This document shows, piece by piece, positions 12,221 through 21,599 of a stretch of 64,000 bases of DNA. The notes under the pieces are model-generated. The model was not told the origin of the DNA. It did not search any database and saw only the letters and a list, made by a program, of their open reading frames with translations. The position numbers and the translations under genes are program-made. The stretch is from contig NW_024055676.1 of NCBI RefSeq assembly GCF_902713615.1, forward strand, positions 744,877 to 808,876, in the 5' to 3' direction. Position 1 is the stretch's first letter; each line of letters begins with the position of its first letter. The DNA comes from Scyliorhinus canicula. Taxonomy: Eukaryota.

Positions 12221-13084
12221 TAAGAAGTCTTACAACACCAGGTTAAAGTCCAACAGGTTTGTTTCAAACACGAGCTTTCGGAGCACGGCTCCTTCTTCAG
12301 GTGAATGGAAAGGCTTGTTCCAGAAATGTTTATATAGACACAGTCAGAGATGCCCCGGAATGCGAGCACCTGCAGGCAATCAAATCATCAAAGATGCAGA
12401 GAGAGAGGTAACTCCAGGTTAAAGAGGTGTGAATTGTCCCAAGCCAGTTCAGTCGGTAGGCCTCTGCAAGTCCAGGCTTGTTGGTGGGGGCCGAATGTAA
12501 TGCGACATGAATCCCAGATCCCGGTTGAGTCCGCATTCATGCGTGCGGAACTTAGCTATAAGTTTTTGCTCAGCAATTTTGCATTGTCGCGTCTCCTGAA
12601 GGCCTCCTTCAGGAGACGCTACAACGTCTCCTGAAGGCCGGGGGAAGACGCAAAGAGCCGGGGGAAGTGAGACGCGACAACGCAAAATTGCTGAGCAAAA
12701 ACTTATAGCTAAGTTCCGCACGCATGAATGCGGACTCAACCGGGATCTGGGATTCATGTCGCATTACATTCGGCCCCCACCAACAAGCCTGGACTTGCAG
12801 AGGCCTACCGACTGAACTGGCTTGGGACAATTCACACCTCTTTAACCTGGAGTTACCTCTCTCTCTGCATCTTTGATGATTTGATTGCCTGCAGGTGCTC
12901 GCATTCCGGGGCATCTCTGACTGTGTCTATATAAACATTTCTGGAACAAGCCTTTCCATTCACCTGAAGAAGGAGCCGTGCTCCGAAAGCTCGTGTTTGA
13001 AACAAACCTGTTGGACTTTAACCTGGTGTTGTAAGACTTCTTACTGTGCTCACCCCAGTCCAACGCCGGCATCTCCACATCATG
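12221..13084. mobile_element. 5'-truncated Penelope-like element 3' end arranged as a near-perfect inverted repeat, with a 14-bp target-site duplication
   Basis: Arms 12220-12595 and 12669-13044 are reverse complements (mirror ORFs in the track give identical translations). ACTAATTATCAATG lies at 12207-12220 and 13085-13098. Encodes the ORF tail KIAEQKLIAKFRTHECGLNRDLGFMSHY and shares its terminus with the GIY-YIG element at 62.4-63.1 kb. Confidence 0.85.
12961..12995 (+). ncRNA. Minimal hammerhead ribozyme motif of the Penelope pseudo-LTR (mirror copy 12269-12303 on -)
   Basis: CAC-CTGAAGA-A-GGAGC(CGT)GCTCC-GAAA-GCT-C-GTG: CUGANGA core, 5-bp stem II, GAAA, palindromic AGCT stem III, short stem I CAC/GTG. 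Confidence 0.65.
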
Positions 13085-13699
13085 ACTAATTATCAATGAC
13101 ACGCCTCGCTCACTTAGCCACACTCATACGTCCTCACTCACCTACACTCACTCATTTATCCTCCCTCATTCACCCTCACTCAATCATCCTGACTCATTCA
13201 TCCTGACTCATTCATCCTCCCTCACTCACCCAACCTCACGCACCCACGCTCACTGACTCCGCCTCATTTGTTCACCCACTCCATTCACTCACTGGCAGTC
13301 AATCCCCTGACTCCCCCACCTCACACCCACCCTCTCTCACCCACCCTCGCTCACTCATCTTCACTCACACTCACTACACAACCTCACTCACCCAGCATCA
13401 CTCATTTTGACTGATTCATCCTCGGTGACGCACACTCGCCCATTTACCCTGACTCAGTCAGTCACCCTGATTTGCCACTCATCAACACTCATCTATCCCA
13501 ACTCACTCACGGGCACGCACTCTCCGACCCTCACTCGGTTACTCACTCACCCGCACTTACCCTCCTACCCTCACTCAGTTACTAACTCACCCACAGTAAC
13601 TCATACTCAGGAAATCGGCACGGGGGCGTCTGCAACGAGAGAGGAATAGAGAACTGGAGCGAAACTGATGACGAGTGGCGCCCGAATGTGGCTCATGAC

Positions 13700-14480
13700 A
13701 CGGGAGCGGCGGGAGCCGGAGGAAAGGCGCAGAGAGCCTGAGGAAAGTGTGGACAGCCGGGGGAAAGTGCGGAGAGCCTGGGGAAAGTGCAGAGAGCCGG
13801 AGGAAAGGCGTCGGAGCCCAGAGAGGGCGGGGAGAAGAGCAAAGAGGCGGCGAAAAGACAGAGTTGGGGAGAAAGGGCAGAGATGTGGGGAAACGCACAG
13901 AGAGCCGGAGAAAAGGGCAGAGAGCTGGAAAGAATCAGAGAGAGCAGGTGAAAGGTGCAGAGAGCCGGGGGCAGGTGCAGAGAGCCGGGGGAAAGCGCAG
14001 AGAGCCGGGAGGAGGAGCAGAGAGCCGGGGGAAAGCGCAGAGAGCCGGGGCAAGGAGCACAGTGCTGGGAGCCGGGGGAAGTGCTGGGAGCTGGGGGAAG
14101 TGCAGGGAGCCGGGGGAAGACGCAAAGAGCCGGGGGAAGTGCTGGGAGCCGGGTGAAGTGAGGAGAGACGGAAGAAAGTCCATGAAGTGGGCGATAAGCG
14201 GTAAGAATCGGGGTAAAGTGCACGGTGCTGGCGAAAGGCTCAAAGGGCCCAGGGAAAGTGCCAGGAACCGGGAAAAGCCCCAAAGAACTGGGAAAAGTGC
14301 AGCGCACATGGGCAAAGCACAATGAGCCGGGGAAAAATGCAGAGTCGAGGGAAAGTGCAGAGATCCGTGGAAAAGAGCAGAGAACTGCAAGAAAGTGACG
14401 GGAGCGGGCGAATGGTGCAGAGATCCAGAGGGAACCGCAGAGAGATGGGGGAACGCACAGAGAGCGCGGGGCGGGGAGCG
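13700..14480 (+). repeat. G/purine-rich degenerate ~20-nt tandem array (GCAGAGAGCCGGGGGAAAGT-like)
   Basis: Recurrent AGAGCCGGGG and GGAAAGTGC words. The long Arg/Glu/Gly ORFs are by-products of the repeat. Confidence 0.85.
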
Positions 14481-14847
14481 GGGGGATTGCAGACAGCCCG
14501 GTCTCAGTGACAGGCGGAATGTGGAGCTAACATCACAATCAGCACAGCCAGGATCTTATTGAATGGGAGAGGAGGCTCGACTGACCGAATGGCCGCCTCC
14601 CGCTGTTAATGTTCATGATCCTAAAATTAGGGAATGTTGCTCTTACTCAAATTTAGAGTTTTGTTGTAATTATATAAATGTGCATTCCGAAGGTATTTTT
14701 CAAGCAAAGTCACTATTCTCTGGTTTGGGGAGTGGGGGTAGTGAGGTGGAGAGAGGAGGGGGCATCAGTCAGTTTGAACAAAGGGAATTTCCCAAAATCG
14801 CAAAGATATAAATGAAGGGACAACTTCTTTATCACAAAGTGCTGTTG

Positions 14848-15250
14848 ATTGTGACGTACACAGCTCAGTTAGCTGAATTGTGACGTACACAGCGCAGTTA
14901 GCTGGATTGTGACGTACACAGCTCAGTTAGCTGGATTGTGACGTACACAGCTCAGTTAGCTGGATTGTGACGTACACAGCTCAGTTAGCTGGGTTGTGAC
15001 GTACACAAATCAGGGAGCAGGATTGTGACGTACACAGCTCAGTTAGCTGGACTGTGACGTACACAGCTCAGTTAGCTGGATTGTGACGTACACAGCTCAG
15101 TTAGCTGGATTGTGACGTACACAGCTCGGTTAGCTGGATTGTGACGTACACAACTCAGTCCGCTGGATTGTGACGTACACAGTTTAGCTGGATTGTGACG
15201 TACACAGCTCAGGTAGCTGGTTTGTGACGTACACAGCTCAGTTAGCTGGG
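14848..15250 (+). repeat. 29-bp minisatellite, 14 copies (GTGACGTACACAGCTCAGTTAGCTGGATT)
   Basis: GTGACG starts every 29 nt from 14851 to 15170, then at 15195 and 15224. About 22 AGCT counted. Confidence 0.95.
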
Positions 15251-15430
15251 CGGCTGGTTCGTAATGAAGATCAATCCCAGCAGCGCGGGTTCAATTGCTG
15301 CACCGGCTGAGGTTATTCATGAAGACCCCCATTCTCAACCTTGCCGATGGCCTGAGGTGTGGTGACCCTCAGGTTAAATCACCACCAGTTAGCTCTCAAA
15401 CGGAGAGAGCAGTCTTCGGGACTATGGGAT
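15228..15430 (+). mobile_element. tRNA-derived SINE whose head is contiguous with the last 29-mer unit
   Basis: AGCTCAGTTAG A-box-like and GGGTTCAATTG B-box-like motifs, then GGCTGAGGTT...CTCAACCTTG...GGTTAAATCACCACCAG. A related head lies at about 35940-36025. Confidence 0.7.
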
Positions 15431-15761
15431 ATTACATTTTGTTTTACATGATGGCTGACATAATGGGGAAAATATTCCGCTTTTCGCGTTCAATCCAATG
15501 CAAATTACATCATTCAGATTGCATCAAAATGTTGTTTTATGCCAGGTGATAGAGACGGAGGAAGATGTGAGTTTCTAATGAGGGGGGTCAACAGATGGAG
15601 GTTCTCAAATGATAGAACTAATAGAAGCTGAAATGTGGATGTAGCATTTGTTAGGAAAATGTTGGAATAAACACATAGTTCTCGTCAAATTTTGAAATGT
15701 TTGGTTACTGAATAAATACAATCCCAGAGTCTAACTTGTTCAATTGGCCATTCTCGCCCAG

Positions 15762-16061
15762 CGACACTGTCTCCGCCCACTCTCTACAGCCTGGTCTCCT
15801 CCTGTCAGCAACACAACACCGACGGCTCCGTGACCTACGGCTGTTTGGCGATGGACTACTCCCCAGAAATCACCAGCCTTACCTGGAAGAAAGATGGGCA
15901 GCCGATCATCACTGGAGTTAAGAAATACCCGTCAGTGAGAAACAAGAAGGGAACCTACACCCTGAGCAGCCAGTTAATCATCACAGAGTCAGAGGGGGGA
16001 TGCAGCAAAATCAGCTGTGAGGTTCGACACAGCGGCTCAGACAAGAGCATTGGAATGGCAT
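15762..16061 (+). CDS. IGHM: IgM constant exon Cmu1
   Basis: cccag| acceptor. [46 protein letters not shown]...[17 protein letters not shown]. Donor T|GTAAGT. Confidence 0.96.
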
Positions 16062-16268
16062 GTAAGTGTTGTGGAAACTGTGAAAATCAGAAACCTATGA
16101 TTACCTTGTATAGGATCTTGGATATAACTAATTTTAATACTCTGCATATTTCTGATCCCTGGAAAATCCAGCTTTGTGTCTATTGACCACAAACATGTTT
16201 TAAAGCATATGAACTCATTTTTTTCATCAATTTCTTCTGCAAGAAATATCTAATTGTGTTTCTTGAAG

Positions 16269-16577
16269 GTCCCAGAATTTATGCTCCAAATGTTCTCCTC
16301 ACCGTGAGTTCCAGTGAAGAAATCACAAGACAGAAATTTGCAACCATCGTCTGTTCAATCAACGATTTCCATCCAAAGTCAATGACGGTGAAGTGGCTGA
16401 AGAATGGACAACCCATGGGTTCAGGAATTGTCACCTCTCCCGCCTGTGAAGTGAAGGGGAACTTCTCGGCGAGCAGTCGGCTGACAGTCTCCGCTGGGGA
16501 ATGGTTCAGCAAAGCGGTCTATACCTGCCAGGTCACTCATGAAGAGGTCACCCAAATTCACAACATCACCGCGTCTG
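16269..16577 (+). CDS. IGHM: IgM constant exon Cmu2
   Basis: tgaag| acceptor. [11 protein letters not shown]...[23 protein letters not shown]...[19 protein letters not shown]. Donor G|GTAAGA. Confidence 0.96.
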
Positions 16578-17431
16578 GTAAGAGACACAAACAGAGGAAA
16601 CAATAAATTATCCTGCACTCTGATGTTAATCCAAATCAGGAATTTACTGAAGTTAGTACAAAGCACAGAATAACTTCTAGTTTGTTGCCATGTAGTTTGT
16701 GTTTCATTCTGATGTAAGAGCTGCATTAGGATTGCTGACCATTCACGATTTTATGAATATAGAAATAAATGTATCCCTATAATTTGAAGTAATTTAGTGA
16801 GTGAGGTGAATCAATGAAATGAAAATCGCTTATTGTCACAAGTAGGCTTCAAATGAAGTTACTGTGAAAAGCCCCTCGTCGCCAAATTCCGGCGCCTGTT
16901 CGGGGAGGCTGGTATGGGAATTGAACCCGCGCTGCTGGCCTTTCTTGGTCTACTTTAAAAGCCAGCTATTTAGCCCTGTGCTAAACCAGCCCCTGGTGGA
17001 CTTGATATCAGCTTTATCCTCAGACAGCTGATTATATTTGAGAGTCAGTGGGTGTGTGGAACCCTTAACTGATAACAGCTCCGGGGGAAGTGTTGGAAAG
17101 TTCATCCAACCTATTTATGGATCTGCCTCCAGTACTTCGTCCCTGAGATCAGGACTGGAATATTTGTATTGGGAATGCTGCAATACTGATTCGTTAGAAT
17201 GATATCGGGGCTGACTGTATTTCACATTGAGAATAGTTTTCAGAAACCAAACTGGTTTTCCAATGCGTATCGAAGATTAAAGGCGATCTTTAGAGGTTGA
17301 TGCTTCGAAGTTGATTATTTCGAGGTTGATGCTTCGAAGTTGATTTATTCCCATTTAGAGTTCAGGCTGAATCCTTCTCACCTGATTCTGAAGATCAAAC
17401 TTGGGTTGATTTCCACTTTTTTCATTCACAG

Positions 17432-17740
17432 ATCCTTCCGTTTGCACTGATGCCTCAGTAACAATACTGCCACCACCAATAGAACAGGTCTTGCTGGAGG
17501 CGACTGTAACCTTAACCTGCGTCATTTCGAATGCTCCTTTTGGAGTCAACGTGTCCTGGAGTGAAGCGAAGAAGCCGCTGAAATCAGAGATTGCCGACCA
17601 GCCTGGGGCAGATACTGAGAGCGTGGTCAGCAAATTAAACATCTCCACACAAGCCTGGCTGAGTGGGGCTGTGTTTGACTGTGTGGCGAGCCATCAGGAC
17701 CTGCCAACTCCTTTAAGAATTTCAATCCACAAAAAAATAG
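17432..17740 (+). CDS. IGHM: IgM constant exon Cmu3
   Basis: ttcacag| acceptor. [43 protein letters not shown]...[22 protein letters not shown]. Donor G|GTGAG. Confidence 0.96.
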
Positions 17741-17956
17741 GTGAGCGGTGAGATTGAAGCAACAAGTGAGTCATTGTGTCTATTTCCAGTGTCAGAGCAC
17801 CAGTCAGTATTTAGCATTCAGTGTATTTATGGTCTATTCTGATTGGTAATTCCACTAACTAAATACTCTGAGATTTAGAGTTTAAGGGGGGAATTGATAT
17901 GCAGATGAACGAACAATGAATTAAAAACAGTGATATTGGGTTTAGATGGAGCGAGA

Positions 17957-19150
17957 CCATAGACCACAAGACTTGGGAGCAGACGTAGCCCATAGGGCCC
18001 ATCAACTCTGATCCAGCCTTCAATGAGGTCCTGACTGATCTGATGTGATAATCTTCAACTCCTCTTTCCCGCCTTATCCCCATATCCCTTGACGCCATTA
18101 CTGATTTAAAATCTATCTCTCTCAACCTTGAACATACAGAACAACCCAGAATCTACAGCCCCCAGCGTTAAATAATTCCACAGCTTCACTGCCCTCTGAG
18201 AGAGGAAATTCCTTCTAATCTCCGGAGTAAATAGGTGAACCCTTACTTTGCGATCATTCACTCTGCTCCTAGATGCTCCCACAAGGGAAAGCAACCTCTC
18301 AGCATCTATCCTAAGAAGCTCCCTGAGAATCTTTCATGTATCGATTGGGTCGCCTTCATTCTTCTAAACTCCAATAAGTACAGCCCAACCTAGTTAACCT
18401 CAGATCATAAGAAAATCCCTCCATACTCCGGGGCAACCTCGTGATCCTTCTCTGGACTGCCTTCAAAACCAATCTGTCTTCCTTAGATAAGAGCACCAAA
18501 GCTATTCAAAGTATATCAGGTGTGGACTAACTAATACCTTGTATAGTTTTAGCTGGACTTCCCCATGTTTATATATTCTATTCCCTTTGAAATAAATGTC
18601 AACATTCAATTAGTCTCCAGATTACCTGCAGAACTTGCTTTGTGTGATTTCTGCACGAGGACCCCCAATTCCCCCGTTACTTCAGCTTTCTACAGTCTTT
18701 CTCCATCTAAATAATATTCCGTTATGTTCCTCCTCCTACCAAAGTGTCTAACCTCATATTTTCCAACATTATGTTCCATCTGCCAAGTTTTTACTCAGTA
18801 ACTTAAGCTGTCTCTGTCCCTCTGTAGACTTTATGTCCTCACCACTTGCCTTTCTACCAGTTTTCTATCTGCAGCCATTGCACGAGTACATACACTTATT
18901 AAACACAGTTTTGAAATTCATGTATATTACATCTACTGGCCCCCCTCTCTCTAGCCTTCTCGTTATCACCTCAAAGAATTGCAATAAATTTGTCAAGCAT
19001 GATTTACCTTCACAAAGCCGTGTTATCTCTGCTTAATTATATTCTGTATGTCTAAATGCTCAGCTATTGAGGTCCCTGGCCGATAGTTACCTGTTTTTGT
19101 CTCCCTCCCTTTTGAATAAGGGTGTCACATTGGCAGTTTCCCAATCCTCT
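17957..19150 (-). mobile_element. CR1-clade LINE 3' fragment in the Cmu3-Cmu4 intron
   Basis: RT C-terminus and 3' UTR signatures (RRNFLSQRAVKLWN; GGGCC...ATGGCCT-type tail), degraded. Confidence 0.8.
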
Positions 19151-19448
19151 TGGGGTAAGGTGGGAGGAGCCTGGTGTGGAGTTGATACACCAGCACAGAA
19201 CAGTTGGGCCGAATGGCCTGTTTCCCTGCTGTACACTTTCTGAAACTTTCGAATCCAATATCCGTAAATTCTCAGGGAAAAGGATTGTGTCCACCTCTGC
19301 TCCGAGCTGGGAAACCGGACAGATCCCAAAGTGGAAAATGGAAACCTTTAAAATCCAACACAAAACACATTTCTCTCACATCTAACCCGCGGTTCCATTG
19401 TCTCCGGAATTCCCCATTTTATTGACATTTATTGTACATTTTCTGCAG

Positions 19449-19840
19449 ATCCCAATCCGCGGGAACCGTCCGTTTCTGTCCTCCTGCCCTCGGCTGAAGA
19501 CGTCTCCGCTCAGAGATTCGTTTCCCTCAGCTGCTTAGTGAGAGGTTTCTCCCCCCGAGAGATCTTCGTCAAGTGGACCGTCAATGACAAGCCGGTGAAT
19601 CCCGGGAACTACAAGAACACCGAGGTGATGGCGGAGAACGGCAATAGCTCCTTCTTCATGTACAGCCTGTTATCCATTGCAGCGGAGGAGTGGGCCAGCG
19701 GCGCTTCTTACTCCTGTGTGGTGGGACATGAAGCCATCCCCTTGAAGATCATCAACAGAACGGTTGATAAATCCAGCGGTAAACCCAGTTTTGTGAACAT
19801 TTCCCTCGCTCTGATGGACACCGTTAACTCATGTCAATGA
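19449..19840 (+). CDS. IGHM: IgM Cmu4 plus secretory tailpiece (internal donor for the membrane form after 19778)
   Basis: ctgcag| acceptor. [15 protein letters not shown]...[16 protein letters not shown]...[43 protein letters not shown]. The tail has the NIS sequon and penultimate Cys, and G|GTAAA is the internal donor. Confidence 0.97.
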
Positions 19841-19862
19841 TAATCTATTGGTTATATTTCGA

Positions 19863-19882
19863 ATTAAAATAAAAATAATAAA
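19863..19882 (+). terminator. Secretory-form polyadenylation signals
   Basis: ATTAAA 19863, AATAAA 19868 and AATAAA 19877, just after the stop codon. Confidence 0.8.
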
Positions 19883-20284
19883 GGTTTCTTCCTCCAATTG
19901 TGATTTAAATGTACAGCCGCTTAATTAATGGAGCTTCCACTTTGCTGATCTGCTCAATGAGACCCGGATTTCTACAGGTCTCGGCACCAAGTCTGATACA
20001 ACCAGAGCTCCCAGCTCAGATACACCCTGGGTTAGAGACAGAGTAAAACTGATTCATTCCAAGATTCAGCAAAATATCTTCATTGACTTTCCTCCAGCTG
20101 AGGAGAAATCGGACAATTCCCCATTTCAGACAAATAAACACCACATTTAAATCTCGGTGTTCCTGCTTCTCTCATTGTCCATCCCTTTAAAATTAATGTC
20201 AGCTTTAAGTTGCTGTATCACACCCACTGGGAACTGAATTGAGGGTCACACAGAAACATGGACCAACAATTCCCCATCAAAGAG

Positions 20285-21130
20285 AGGGGAAAGTGAAATT
20301 GTTAATCCACTGTACCCCCACTTCCCCAACAGAGAGGGGGAGGGGCTTTAGTTAATCCACTGTACCCCCACTTCCCCAATAGAGAGAGGGGGAGGGGCAT
20401 TAGTTAATCCACTGTGCCCCGACTTCACCAACAAAGAGGGGGAGGGGCATTAGGCAATCCACTGTACCCCCACTTCCTCAACAGAGAGAGGGAGGGGCAT
20501 TAGTTAATCCACTGTACCCCCACTTCCCCAATAGAGAGAGGGGGAGGGGCATTAGTTAATGCACTTTACCCCCTCTTCCCCAATAGCGAGAGGGGGAGGG
20601 GCATTAGTTAATCCACTGTACCCCTACTTCCTCAACAGAGGGAGGGGGAGGGCATTAGTTAATCCACTTTACCCCCACTTCCCCAATAGAGAGAGGGGAG
20701 GGGCATTAGTTAATCCACTGTAACCCAATTCCACAGCAAAGAGAGGAAAAGGGGCATTACTTAATGCACTGTACCCCCACTTCCCGGGCAAAGAGAGGGG
20801 TAGGGGCATAAGTTAAGACAGTGTACCTCCACTTCCCCAGCAAAGAGAGGGGGAGGGGCATTAGTTAACACACTGTACCTCAATTTCCCCAGCAAAGAGA
20901 GGGGAGGGGCATTAGTTAACACGCTGTACCTCACTTCCCCAGCAAAGAGAGGGGGAGGGACATTAGTTAACACACTGTACCCTCACTTCCTCAGCAAAGA
21001 GACGGTGGGGCCTGAGTAATCCACTGTGCACCCGCTTCCAACAATGAGTGGAGCAGCATTATTTAATCCACTGTTCCCACACGTCCCCAACAAAGAGAGC
21101 AAAGGGGCAATACTAACCCACTTTACCTCC
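20285..21130 (+). repeat. ~50-52 bp minisatellite, about 16 copies (TTAGTTAATCCACTGTACCCCCACTTCCCCAATAGAGAGAGGGGGAGGGGCA)
   Basis: Periodic GTTAATCCACTGTACC and G4-5AG4 words, decaying toward the 3' end. Confidence 0.92.
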
Positions 21131-21599
21131 ACTATCCCGACCAAAAGAGGAGGAAGGTGATGAGTGAATTCTCTGTATCTCCACCTCCAGCAGGGAGAAC
21201 CCAAAGGGAATTTGCTGAGCTGACCAGAGAGAGGGAGATTATTAACTCAATATCTTCCCAGTCCCCAAGAAGGGAGTTTGGAAGTAAACGGTCCCCCAGA
21301 CTAAGAATTCAGTTACTGACATAACAAGATGGCATTTAGCTTACTGGCTGAAGGGTTTAAAAGACCATCATGATCAAGATGTTCTTAAAATATCTATTTA
21401 TGCAACAGAATTCCTTTAGCGCCCTTGTTCCTCTTATCGGTATGCTGAGACCGATTCCCCATAATCTAAATCCAGACTGGTGATTGAATTCTCCCTGGGT
21501 TTTCACTGTTCCCTCCTGAGGCACCTCCTTGTATTTTTGCATTCGGTCACCGGATGTCAGCTTGCAACTCACACAAAACACATTTATGAGCAGAAAGTT

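Larger units (their letters stand above)
9585..13605. repeat. C-rich tandem low-complexity tract (CACTCACCCACCCTCCCTGACA-like) with internal higher-order duplications
   Basis: Almost G-free + strand. Blocks repeat at offsets of about 525 nt (10508/11033) and about 625 nt (10214/10839). Interrupted by a SINE and the Penelope insertion. Confidence 0.9.

Noticed and set aside
13664-13691. TGGCGCCCGAA (11-nt match to a tRNA-Lys3 PBS) and adjacent GAAACTGATGA (hammerhead-like words)
   Set aside because: No LTR end upstream and no retroviral genes downstream. The hammerhead words lack a cleavage site and stems.
13587-14510. 100-200 aa Arg/Glu/Gly and Pro/Ala/Leu ORFs on both strands
   Set aside because: By-products of the G-rich ~20-mer array.
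14848-15250. 29-bp periodicity considered as a CRISPR array
   Set aside because: Head-to-tail units without unique spacers, in eukaryotic DNA with no cas genes.
15995-16010. Extra Cys in Cmu1 (GGCSKISC)
   Set aside because: I recall comparable extra cysteines in other shark Cmu1 sequences, so it is not clearly unusual.
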